A stretch of DNA of 64,000 nt from Octopus vulgaris. Lineage: Eukaryota. Under the pieces are notes generated by a model. It saw only the letters and a program-made list of their open reading frames with translations, was not told the DNA's origin and ran no database searches. The DNA is taken from positions 27,838,001-27,902,000 of the forward strand of contig OX597818.1 in the NCBI GenBank assembly GCA_951406725.2. Reading direction: 5' to 3'. Shown one piece after another: positions 23,093 through 34,967 of this stretch; position 1 is the stretch's first letter; each line of letters opens with the position of its first letter. A program made the position numbers and the translations under genes.

Positions 23093-24747
23093 GTAAATGC
23101 ATAAGTAATCCATAAAAAAATTACATGCACTGGAGCAAGAGTTAGCAAATATCATGGTTCAGTGTTTCATTGAGTAGTATAGTCAGTTTAATGTATGCCT
23201 TTTATCATTTACTTGCCTCAGTCATTGCACTGCAGCAATGCTAATGCCTCACCTTGAAGGGTTTAGTTCAACAAATATTGGTTTCTCATGCCAGACTGCT
23301 AAACTCTCTTGATATAAACAAACCAACATCCATTGTCAAGTGGTAGTGGCAGTGGACAAACACAAAGACATATATATACATACATACATACATACATACA
23401 TACATACATACATACATACATACAAATAGATAGATAGATATAGATATAGACACACACACTCGAAAGGCTTCTTACAGTTTCCATCAACATAATCTTTTCA
23501 CAAGGCTTTCATCTGCCCAGGATACAGTAAAATACTCTCATAGTGGGACTGAACCCAGATCATGTGTTTCAAAAGAAAGTTTCTTACCACATGGTCACAC
23601 CTGCGAAATTTTTAAGAATGGAAAAAATTTCATTGGATATAAAACAAATTTCTTGCAGAAATTCATATCTAATTCTCATATTTTAGGCTTTTATTAATCC
23701 CAAATTGTGAGTTCCACCCACATGCAACAAAACTTCTCACATGCCCTACCCCAACAAACCAACCTACATCTCTACATCTCTTCTCTTTTTTTAGTATTTT
23801 TGTTGCTTTTGTAAAATCTACATCTCATTTCCTTCTTCATAAACTATGCCTAACTCTCACTCCTCAATCCTGTCCTCACGGCCCTCTTCCTCTGTATCAT
23901 GGCTATCCGGTAGCCCTCCCAACTCTATATATATACCCAGTTTTCATCAACCACTCCCTTCCTCCACACTCAATAATCCCTCTTCCTTTGCAATATCTTG
24001 CCACGTATATTATGACATTTGAACCTCTAGGTTATGGCATGGCACATGCCACCATCTATATCTCTCACTTCCTTTACGCAATCATCCCATTTATATTCTA
24101 ATCCCCATTCGTTGTGAGTATGCCTAGCATTTCACCACCATCTCTATCCTGCTGTCTTCAGTGCACCTGCTTTTCTCTTCATTTCTGATTTCTGTCTGTC
24201 TGTCTCTCTCTCTCTGGCCGGGTAAACTTGTATCTCCTCTATAACTAGACACCTTTTTCTGTCTCTCTGTAACCTTTGTAACTCATTAATCATCCATGAA
24301 CTCAAAATGGCTAATTAGGTCAAGTTTTTTATTTGTGAAAAACTGTTGTTTTGAATTTGCTGTAGAAAGTGGTCTGCATTTGTGGTGTTGTGTAAGTTTG
24401 GGGGTGCTAGGAATGTGGCTCCATCATCAAGGGGGCAGCAGCCCGAAAAAGTTTAGGAACCACTGCTCTAAAGCAAAGAGCAGTAATGTTTTAATATGGA
24501 GTTAAGTTTATATCCAATCATAGAGTGACCAGTGGTTTCACATCCACTAGCCCCATGGATGACTTGTCAGAATCTAAAGCCCAAGACAAATATAATTCTT
24601 CAACTCTGGGAGGCAGGAATCCATTACAGTCAGTTAGTTTAATAAGTAACCAAAAAATAAACAATCTGTGTCAGCAAGGATGGGTTATCCCCCTTACACC
24701 AGTTCATCAGCTATTGGTTCTTGGCCTGGAGATGTTCTATCTGGTGT

Positions 24748-25147
24748 CTCTTCTTCTTCTTCTTCTTCTTCTTCTTCTTCTTCTTCTTCTTCTTCTTCTT
24801 CTTCTTCTTCTTCTTCTTCTTCTTCTTCTTCTTCTTCTTCTTCTTCTTCTTCTTCTTCTTCTTCTTCTTCTTCTTCTTCTTCTTCTTCTTCTTCTTCTTC
24901 TTCTTCTTCTTCTTCTTCTTCTTCTTCTTCTTCTTCTTCTTCTTCTTCTTCTTCTTCTTCTTCTTCTTCTTCTTCTTCTTCTTCTTCTTCTTCTTCTTCT
25001 TCTTCTTCTTCTTCTTCTTCTTCTTCTTCTTCTTCTTCTTCTTCTTCTTCTTCTTCTTCTTCTTCTTCTTCTTCTTCTTCTTCTTCTTCTTCTTCTTCTT
25101 CTTCTTCTTCTTCTCCTTCTTCTTCCTCCTCCTCCTCCTCCTCCTCC
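24748..25147. repeat. Pure (TTC)n microsatellite of about 120 units ending in (CTC)n
   Basis: Directly visible. Confidence 0.98.
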
Positions 25148-25159
25148 CCCAATCAGGAT

Positions 25160-25622
25160 TCATGCCATTAGCCTCAAAGAATAATCTCTAATTCGAGCCT
25201 GCTCTAAGCTACTAAGAATGCATGTGGCAACTTGAAGATCCACCCACCACACGCGATAGCTGGTGGTTGCACGGGCGCGAAAGCTACGTTGTTATCCTCA
25301 TTCTGTAAACAGTGGCTTTTAACAGGTGGAGAGCTGAACCATCCTGGGGTACAGAAGATTTACAATCTAGACTAGGGTCTGAAAGTTTACCACACCATAG
25401 TGGGTTATACCATGGTTCCTCTGCTTTGTGGCTTAAGTAGGAAGAAAGAGTGAGAGAAAGTTGTGGTGAAAGAGTACAGCGGGGTCCCCACCCCACCTCT
25501 CCGGAGCCTCGTAGAGCTTAGGTGTTTTTGCTCAATAAACACTCACAATGCTCAGTCTTGGGATTGAAACCGCGTTCTTACGATCGTGAGTCCACTGTCC
25601 TAACCACTGGGCCATTGCGCCT
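25160..25622 (-). mobile_element. tRNA-derived SINE
   Basis: Minus strand begins aggcgcaaTGGCCCAGTGGttaggacagtggactcacgatc...GGTTTCAATCC (Pol III A and B boxes). Confidence 0.7.
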
Positions 25623-25974
25623 TCACTCTTGCTGGTGTTGCTGGAGCTGCCATCAATGTTGTTATCATCAGTGCTCTTGTGGTGATCATCTGTGGATGTG
25701 GTGTAAATACTGCTGTCACTGATGGTGATGTGGGTGCCATTGTTTGTTACACTAGGCATGGGGTTGGTAGTCTCACTGATGCTGCTTTTTGTTGGCGTGG
25801 TCATCATCTTCAGCTATAGTGCTGCTGCTGGGCTCATTGGTGCAATTGCTGGAGTTTCTTCCACTGTTGCTGCTACTGTTACTGTTGTCATTGATGTTGT
25901 TGGACATCCATTGCTGCTATTACTATGGTTGCTAAGTGTTTGAGTATTACCACAGATTCACTGATGACTCCCTT

Positions 25975-27290
25975 GGCCTCGCATCCCCCCCTCCCGGGGA
26001 AGTCATTGTACTCCCTGAAAGAATAACTGGCCAGGGGAACAGTACTGTACAATAAAGATTTGACATGGGTGAAGCAATTCAACCCTGAGAGCTCCTTCAA
26101 TAGGTGATGGGAACCTACAACAGCACCAATGTATGTGATCTCATTGGAATGTACATTCTGGATACCTTAGGAAAGAAGTTCTCTTTGTTCATTTTTGGTC
26201 TCTGCAGAGATGATGCTCTGGCCATCTTTAGAGGAGCCAAAGAGCACACACTTGATAGGCTTAGAAAGGACCTGATTAGCACCTTAGGCTCCATGGGACT
26301 CAAAATTACTACTGAGACTAACATCACCACCATAGACATCCTTAGATATTTCTCTAGATATACACACAGGCCCTACCACATGCCAAACGAGAGGCTTTCC
26401 TACATCTACACAGCTTCCTACCCACTCCCTATTGTGTTCAAGAACCTAGTGAAGGGTGTTAGCAAGATCTCGAAATTATCCTCAAGTCAAGAAAGTTTCG
26501 ACACTGCAGCCCCATATTACAATGAGGAACTGGCATTCAGTGAGTTTAAGGACTGCATCACCTACATACTGGACTCTAGCACCAATAAAAGAAAGTGCCA
26601 CTGGAGCATCGTTTGGTTTGCTCTACTTCCCTTATTCAATGTCAAGATTTGTGTGGGAAGAATATTCCTCAGGTTAGTAGACAAACACTTCATGCAGACA
26701 CTCAGGTATAGATGTTTGTTCAATAGGCACAACCTAAGGGTCTCCTTTAGTTGCACACCCAACATGAAAAGTATATTAGCAAATACCTATAAAATGTGGG
26801 AGGAGTTGGTTGCTCTAGCAGGGAACACAATGACTGTCCAGAGGAGGGGGACAATGTGAGGCTGAGGGAGTCATTTATGAGGCTATGGTGGTACTCAGAC
26901 CTAGCAACCATAGTAATAGCAGCAACAGCTCGTTCAAAACATTAACAGCAACAGCAGCAGCAACAGTGGAAGAAACACTAGTACCAATGCGAACGAACCC
27001 AACACCAGCACTATGGCTGGAGGTTATGACCATGCCGACACCAGCAATACCAGCGGGGCTACTGGCCCCACACTTAGTATTCTCAACATCATCATTTGCG
27101 ACAACAGCACCAATGCCATGTCCAAAGATGATCACCACAATAACAACAGCTGCTGTGATATTGCCAAACACGTGCTTTGTAATGATAACAGCACTGATGG
27201 CAGCTCCAGCAACACCAGCAGCAACAACAACATTTCCATGCCCAGAGCCAACTGAAGATGTACCAGAAATGTGAACACAACCAACGCTCA
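25975..27290 (+). mobile_element. Degenerate Penelope-like element RT fragment with low-complexity 3' region
   Basis: MGTYNSTNVCDLIGMYIL...GLCRDDAL...RPYHMPN...VSFSCTPNMKSI resembles PLE RT and thumb. Confidence 0.75.
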
Positions 27291-28262
27291 TGCCTGGAAA
27301 TTGCTATAAGAATGCAAAATTATGTAGCTTAATATGTACCAAAAACACATGTGAGCTCCATCTTTATCCTTTATGACTTCAGATCAAGTGCACAAGTGCA
27401 TTCACATAGCCAGCAGCAAATAATAGATTTAAACTGTGTCTTATATGGTTTCAGAATTAGGAAAATTTTACTGTGTAAGTTAAGGGAGTAAAAAATTAGA
27501 ATAATTTATTACCAGTGGTGCACGTGCATACTAAAAGTCATAAGACCACACATTTTCATATATAAGAGTGTATGGAAATTTATACAGAGAGAAGACCCTT
27601 GAGAGGACTTACTTATGGATTCTTTTTGTGATCCCACCGATGAACTACGAATGACAAATTAATTCATTTGCTCATTAATAGGGAAGCTTGAGTATGAGAT
27701 TAACTACTATTTTTTTTTCTTTGGTTCTATTCATTCTAGTGCCATTATCAACATGCCTTTAGAATTTTTTTTTCATGGTTTGGGCTTAACTGCCTCTTTT
27801 AGCATGTAAGAAGTCCTGTCAAGGGACTTCTCTTTGTGTATAAATCTTTATACACTCCTTTATATATATATATAATTAATCCAAAAAAATTAAGGAAAAC
27901 ACAAGAAGAGAAAAACAACAACACGGGGATGTGTTACATGTAAAGTATTAAAAGACGCTCAGGGAAGGAAAGAAAGGTTGTTTTAAGTTTCAAGCAAAGC
28001 TCTTCTTCAGAAACAGGAGACAGAGGAAAGTCCAAGAGAAAAGGAAGACAGAAGAAACAATTTGCCAATAATTCATGCTACATGAGGTTTTGGTTGAACT
28101 GAGGCTATAGAAGAAAATGGAGTGGGACTGAACTGGAGCCATGTGGTTAGATAGCAAGATTGTTACCACACATCAAGGGCTGCATCTATGCATGTTTATA
28201 CAAAAAAATATATAATTTTTTTTTCCACTTCTTTCTATGCAATATCAAACAACGAATATGCC

Positions 28263-28596
28263 TAATTACCTCTGCCTTAGCAAAGGCAGAGGTATTGTTT
28301 TTAGTAGCATTTGTTTGCTTGTTTGTTTGTCCATGGACAAGATATCTCAAGAACTACTGGATGGATTCAGGAATGTTTGGTCTCATGACTAGCATGAACT
28401 GAGTAGATTTTGGGATTAATCTGGTACCAGACAAGGATTCTGGATTATTTTTCTGGTTTTTCTTTTACTTAATTTTTGAGAGTGGTTGGGTTCATTTTTA
28501 GCTTTCTCATTTGTGAGAGCAGTCAAGCTTATTTCAGATATTCTCATTTTAAAAATCATCTCTGACTAATTGTTGAGAGGACATTGGTGTTACCTT
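28263..28596 (+). mobile_element. Non-autonomous Helentron-associated (HINE/DINE-like) element fragment
   Basis: attacctctgcc...ggcagaggta 5' palindrome followed by (gttt)n microsatellite. Confidence 0.5.
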
Positions 28597-28612
28597 GTTT
28601 TTGATACTTTAG

Positions 28613-28666
28613 AAGAGCAACATGCTAAAGTAAGTTATCCTGAATACTTATGCATGAAAGTACCAG
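28613..28666 (+). CDS. Micro-exon A8 (54 nt): EEQHAKVSYPEYLCMKVP
   Basis: ctttAG acceptor shifted 6 nt relative to the 60-nt A exons, CAG|GTAATA donor, A-type downstream intron; an internal GTAAGT at 28630 is a competing out-of-frame donor. Confidence 0.6.
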
Positions 28667-28883
28667 GTAATAACTGTCAATATTGTTAGTACACAGCATG
28701 ATCTTAGAAATCATCTTGAATAAAGACAGAAAGCTAACAATTATGAAATGCATCACACTGGAAATTTTGCCTATCAATGCATGTGTTTGTATGTGAGTGT
28801 GTTTATTATGGTAGTATCTGCACAATATTAACATAGTATTTATTTATAACCATGTATTTAATTCTATTTTTAATTTTTTAAAG

Positions 28884-28925
28884 ACAAGGACAGTGTTTAT
28901 GTTAATGTTTCAAGGAACTCTGGTG
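28884..28925 (+). CDS. Micro-exon B7 (42 nt): DKDSVYVNVSRNSG
   Basis: T-rich tract then aaAG, GTG|GTAAGT donor; SVYVNV also fits the ITIM consensus (S/I/V/L)xYxx(I/V/L). Confidence 0.78.
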
Positions 28926-29168
28926 GTAAGTACAAAAGCAATCCATTAATAACATTACATTCATTAGAGCAAGAGTTAGCAAATGCCTTGGTTCATTCTT
29001 TCTTTGAGCAATAGGAAGCTTTATATATGTCTTTTATTTTTTACTTGTTTCAGTCATGGTACTTTGGCCATGCAGAAGTACTGTCTTGAAGGGTTTAGTC
29101 CATCAAATCTACTCAAGTACTTATTCTATTGGTTTCTTTTGCCTAACTGCTATGGCAGACAGACAGAC

Positions 29169-29237
<69 letters not shown>

Positions 29238-29240
<3 letters not shown>

Positions 29241-29580
29241 TCATCATCATCATTGTTTAACATCCGCTTTCCATGCTAGCATGGGTTGGATGATTTGACT
29301 GAGGACTGGCAAACCAGATGGCTGCACCAGGCTCCAATCTGATCTGGCAGAGTTTCTACAGCTGAATGCACTTCCTAACGCCAACCACTGTGAGAGTGTA
29401 GTGGGTGCTTTTATGTGCCACTGGCACAAAGGCCAGTCCAGCGGCACTGGCAATTACCTTGCTCAAATATTTTGTTCACGTGCCAGTAAGGCGACACTGG
29501 TAATGATCACACTCAAATGGTGCTTTTTACATGCCACCAGCACGGAAGCCAGTGAGCTGCTCTGGCAATGATCATGCTCA
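29238..29580 (-). mobile_element. RTE 3'UTR fragment adjoining (TA)n
   Basis: (CAT)n and conserved 3' terminus. Confidence 0.85.
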
Positions 29581-30576
29581 TCTATATGTATATATATTCT
29601 TTTTTTATTGATATATAATGGTTTTCTTTCAGCTTCTTGTCATTGGCTCAGGGCTGTAGTAAATTACACTATTACACTTGCATAAGGTGTTTCACAGTGG
29701 AAATGAACCACACAGCTACACCTGCAAAACTTTGAAAATGTTAAAATTTCATAGCATATGCAATACAATTCTTGCAGACATTCCTATTTAACTCTGATAT
29801 TTTACCTTTTTGTTAAACTTTACCCTTAATATTGCAGTTCATAAGCATATATTTTTAAACCTTTATTCATATGAATAAACCAAATAATCATGTAACTAAT
29901 ATCGAATTCTGTGGATGTTTGCCTAGACATGAAACACAAAGTATGGAAGAAATTTGCTATGGGGAATGTGATCAACTGTTGTTGTTGAGTATTCAAAGTC
30001 ACTCCTGCTTATGAATTACCCTAACAAGAAAGTAATTTAAGAAGGAATTTTTATTTCTGTGAAGGTATTTGTTAATGGTATCTCTTAATGATAACATTGT
30101 CACCTTTAAATATCAGTTGAATATTGAAGTGATGGAAATACCCTACCAAATATTGACATAATCAACTTTAGTGACAGCGCATTCTGAGATCAAATCCTAC
30201 TTTTACCTAATTAATAGCACTTTGCTTATGAAATAGAATTTTTAGTGCCATTTTACTGAGGAACCCTTTTTCTAAACTCTAACTTTGAAATGGCACATTA
30301 ACCAAAATTGCCTTAGTCCTTTTGTTCATACCAAATAAATTTCTTAGGTAATATTTATCTTTTTACAATATGTGAATGAGAGGATAAAGGACCTCTATTG
30401 TACATGAACTTCTACTGGATTTAGATAACTTCTGTTTCTAAATTCATGTTTCTATATAAAATATATATATATATATATATATACATGCTACTATCTGTGC
30501 CACTTACAAAATATTTAGAACATCCTCTCCAAATAATAAATGTACCCATATTTCATTTAATTTCTCGATGCTGTAG

Positions 30577-30630
30577 AAGAACAACATGCTGAAGTTAATG
30601 AACCAGAATATCTTTGTATGGAAGAACTGG
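30577..30630 (+). CDS. Micro-exon A9 (54 nt): EEQHAEVNEPEYLCMEEL
   Basis: ctgtAG acceptor, TGG|GTAAGT donor, A-type flanks. Confidence 0.72.
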
Positions 30631-30880
30631 GTAAGTAGAATCAATATTGTTAGTACACAACATGTTCTTAGAAATAATCTTAAATAAAAACAGAAAGCTA
30701 ACAATAATGAAATGTATCACTCACTCTTTGTCTGTTAACATATGTGTATATGCATGTATGTGTGTGTAAGTGTTTTTGATTTTATCTCATTAGTGTTTAT
30801 TATGGTAGTATCAATACAACATTAACATAATATAAATGTTAGTTGTAGCTGTTTTTAATTCTTTTTTGAATTTCTTAAAG

Positions 30881-30922
30881 ACATGGATGATGCTCATGTC
30901 AGCATTTCAAAGAAACCCGGAG
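30881..30922 (+). CDS. Micro-exon B8 (42 nt, Tyr to His variant): DMDDAHVSISKKPG
   Basis: tttcttaaAG acceptor, GAG|GTAAGT donor. Confidence 0.72.
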
Positions 30923-31639
30923 GTAAGTTTGCAAATATCTTGATTCATTCTTTCTTTGAGTATCAGTCAGTGTTAAGAAGACTAACAGGAGCTACTTTCA
31001 CATCATTGGCTTATCAGTTATCGTCCTTCCCTACCCACTCACTTATCAACACGTGTGTTGACAAGGGAGGGAGAAAAATCAAATTAAACATTGCAAAAAC
31101 AAACAGTATCTATTACTAGCTTCTGTGGAGGTAAACAAACCAACGCTGATTGTCAAGTGGTAGTGGGGAACCAAAACCAAACAGAAAATCATAACAACCA
31201 AGCACAAACCAAATTTAATTTTGAAAACTTACCTCGATTCCTAAATAACATTATATGTAAATGACATATCTAAACTAATTTTGATAAATTGATAATTTTA
31301 TCAAAGCTAACTAACCTTTTGTTTAGTGAGAAGGATGGAACTGCTATTTTAATTTTTATTGTTTTTGAAAGTTTAGGAATATCACATGCCTCTGAAGCAA
31401 CTGCTATTCTTAGTTCATTACTCTGGTTTTTGAAGGTCTGGTACATACACGATTTTTTGCATAATTCAATTTGAAAAAAAAAAAAAAGAAAACTGCTCAC
31501 ATTGATAAGTTGTCAAACATTAAGATGCAAATTTCAAAACATTTTTATGTAAAGCAAGGAATTTCTCTTGATTGATAGATTTGTAGGAGTCCAATAAGGA
31601 CAGATTATTATATTTCGATTTTGGTAAGCAAATCATTTC

Positions 31640-33420
31640 TAATTGTAAGGCCACTAATAATGACATCCTACAAGGACCATAATGTAACAACAATGTGACA
31701 GGACCACCAATGAGACTGATCTGTGGAGTCAATGTTGCCAACAACTACCTACTTCCTTTCTATGATCATACGCCCTCTGATCAAAATGTCCTTGGATATG
31801 TGTGACAGCACAGAGGGCCTCTTCAGCAGGATCAATGAATGAAACCGTGCCTACAATCTGAGGGATGCATAATAGGCAATATGGACGAAGTACCCTTATA
31901 CCAATCCATTGATGTTGATTTTGCTGTGGAGAAATGTGTGAAGGTGATCAAGGAGAGTGACATGGAGTTTTGTGATGTTCACAAAGAAGAACTGGGCCTC
32001 CTCCTGAGACTGACATGTAACAATGATTACTTACATGAACATGACCTTAATTGTTTCTGCCCCACTAGATCAGTAAGAGGTTGACTCACTACTATAACTT
32101 CTATGGCCAAGAAAACCCCAAGAGAGAGAGGTGGAACAGATGGATCAGAGCTATACAGACCCCTAAAAATGCTGATCAGATTACAAAAGATGTTCGCACA
32201 TGCAGTGAGTGCAAGTACCTAAACCACATTCAAGTTTAATGACGAGATATACACCTAAAAGGAAGTTGCAGCTATTAATGTCAGTATTGCTAGTGATGTG
32301 ACTATATATGGTATGGTGGGATATAAAACTCAAAGAGAAATTAGCGAAGAACTCCATAACACTAACTATGTACTCCCGCTATGTAGATGATATCAAGATA
32401 ATAGCCAAAGCACCCCTACAAGACTATGTTAATGATCTAGAAGCTAACACTATGGAGAGCATCCAGCAAATAGCTAACTCCATCCACCAGAGTATTAAAG
32501 TAATAATAGACTACCGTAACAAGTACCCAAACTATAGGCTACCAGTTTTGGACATGGAACTCTTGCTAAGAACAGTAAGGTCCAGATCCTTCACACCCAT
32601 TATACCAAATCCATGGCCTCTAAATGCCTGGTCCACAAGAAAGCAGCTATTTTGGACAACTCCAAGTGCAATATCCTTATAGCAGACTTCATGAGAGTGA
32701 TGAGGAATGTGTCTCATCTGTGCAACTGTATGGATTGGAAAGATACAGACAATGCTTCATCCACAGCATGCAGTTCTCTAGTTAAAACCAAAGGAACAGG
32801 ATTAGAGTACACAAAGGAGCCAGAGCTAAGTATGAAGCTATCATAGTGAGTGATGCAAAAGGACTAAATACAGGAAATGCAGGAGTAAATATTGGGAAAG
32901 CACAGAAAGGACCAGAAAGAAAGGTACATAAGGTCAACTTATGATATGACAACAAAAAATACCAGAGTATCATGTTCAATGATGCTACCTCTGGCAGTCA
33001 ACTAGCATACTCTTTTAGAAAAACATTAGATAAGGCTAAAGTTGTTAGCCATGCACTTTTTTGCCCCTAGGATGAACCCACAGGTTAACTAAGGTTAGGA
33101 ATATAGTGTATAGCTTATGATGTACTGAGGGGTGGTGCAGAAACATGACAGTTATTTGCATTGGAGAGACAACATGCAGCATAGGAGTGCATATAGGTGA
33201 ACACTGGTGGGAGTTCTCAAAGAAGAGAAAGGTTTGTCAGTTCTCTACCAACATGCTCAAGCAGAAAATAGCAGCTTCCTTAATAGCATAGTAGTTAAGG
33301 TATTATCAACACATAGTACTGACATGGTACTTAGACAGATCACAGAGGCTAGAAACATAGAAATAGACAGACTGAGACTCAACAGAAAACATGATTGGAA
33401 CAATAACACCTGCCACCACA
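31640..33420 (+). mobile_element. Highly degenerate Penelope-like element
   Basis: MDEVPLYQSID, YSRYVDDI, LPVLDMEL and MASKCLVHKKAA remnants across frames. Confidence 0.65.
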
Positions 33421-34559
33421 CCATACAACATGACGACTAAAGACAGAAGAAAGAAACAAAAAAGATACAAACAGTGTAATACATACACAATAAGTAAATA
33501 TCCACATACCTATGATAGGTATAAGAAATAGAGCTAGATAAAAAAAACTATAAAGGGCATGAATGCAAACAACATAGGAAGTGAGCCCATATACACACAC
33601 AAACACACAAAAATAACTTCACAAATGGCTGTAACAATATGAACAACACAGCCAACAATGACAACAGCAACAGCAGTAACAACAACAATATCTACTTCAA
33701 TTGCAGCAGCATGGACAATCACACAAATACAGAGCGATAGAGGAATGGTACCAAAAATTAGTGTCGTGGGCAGCAGCAGCAGCAGCAATGAGGGAAGAGA
33801 TGGGGCTGATGGCAGGGTCATAGTGTTACTAAGAACACTGACACACACACACTCACATACACATGTACACACACACACACACATACAGAAGCAAATGCAT
33901 GCACATATACGGATCTATATCAGAGAAGAAAAGAATGGACAAAGTGGAGCAAGAGCATGCATGAAAATGGAAAGTATCACTGACGAGATCTCAGATGTGT
34001 GATTAAAGATATTCGGACTATGGACATGAGTTAGAATAACAGCCATAAATGAGTGAAGAACTAATATATAGTGCAGGTGTTTATTTGGCAAAACGAAAAA
34101 AGAAGTGACCTTTCCAAAATAAAACAATATTTGTTTCAACACATAGTTTCACATCAGGAATATTGCAACACAAATTCTTAAACTTGTGTGTGTATATATA
34201 TATATATATATATACATATATACATGATGGGCCTCTTTCAGTTTCCATCTCCAAATGCACTCTGAAGGCTTTGGTCAGCCCGAGGCTATGAGGATATAGT
34301 AGATGACATTTGCCCAAGGTGCCATGCTGTGGGACTGAACCTAGGACTATGTGGTTGGGAAGTAAGCTTCTTACCACACAGCCAGACCTGTGCCTATTGC
34401 ATCTTTTATCTATTAATGTATGTGCGTGTATGTGCATGAGTGAATGTGTTTGAGTCTATTTCATTAGCATTTATTCTGGTAGTATCGACACACTACTAAC
34501 ATATTTTAGATATTATCTATAATTATCTTATATATTTTTCTTTTTTTAATTTTTTAAAG

Positions 34560-34601
34560 ATTTGGAGGATGTTTATGTGAATGTTCCAAAGACACCTGAT
34601 G
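34560..34601 (+). CDS. Micro-exon B9 (42 nt): DLEDVYVNVPKTPD
   Basis: Long T tract then aaAG, ATG|GTAAGT donor. Confidence 0.78.
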
Positions 34602-34967
34602 GTAAGTATATAGGCAATCCATTACTAAAATTATATTAATTTCCTAGCTCTGGGTCTGGAATCAGTCCTGGTAAAGTTAGCAAAACTTTTGGAAGTTCTA
34701 TTTATACAAATAAAGAAAATACTGATAAAACTAGTTTTGAGTTCACTAGACATGAAACACAATGTATAGAACAGTTTTGCAATGGTGAATCTTTCACACT
34801 TTGATCAGCTACTGTTTTGAGTACCCATAACCATTCCTACTTATGGACACCACTGAAAAGAAAGTAACAGAATGGCTTCTCTTAATGGTATCATGTTTAA
34901 ATATCAATATAATATCATATTTGAGTAACAGAAATAGTTGTGTACTATACTCAATACTCAGAGATAT

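Noticed and set aside
24525-25191. Poly-Leu/Ser/Phe/Glu/Lys ORFs
   Set aside because: Translations of the (TTC)n microsatellite in several frames.
25540-25622. tRNA gene
   Set aside because: It has A and B boxes but continues into a SINE body without a convincing acceptor stem; treated as a tRNA-derived SINE head.
26875-27291. Ala/Thr/Val-rich mucin-like or membrane-like ORFs on both strands (also 25532-25943, 33534-34002, 39207-39598)
   Set aside because: Low-complexity CAG/CAA-rich transposon-associated sequence, open in several frames, with no splice or domain support.
30883-31119. ORF MDDAHVSISKKPGGKF... and similar ORFs at 1290 and 20204 as stand-alone genes
   Set aside because: Only the short exon segment is homologous between copies. 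The ORFs read through the exon boundary into non-conserved sequence.
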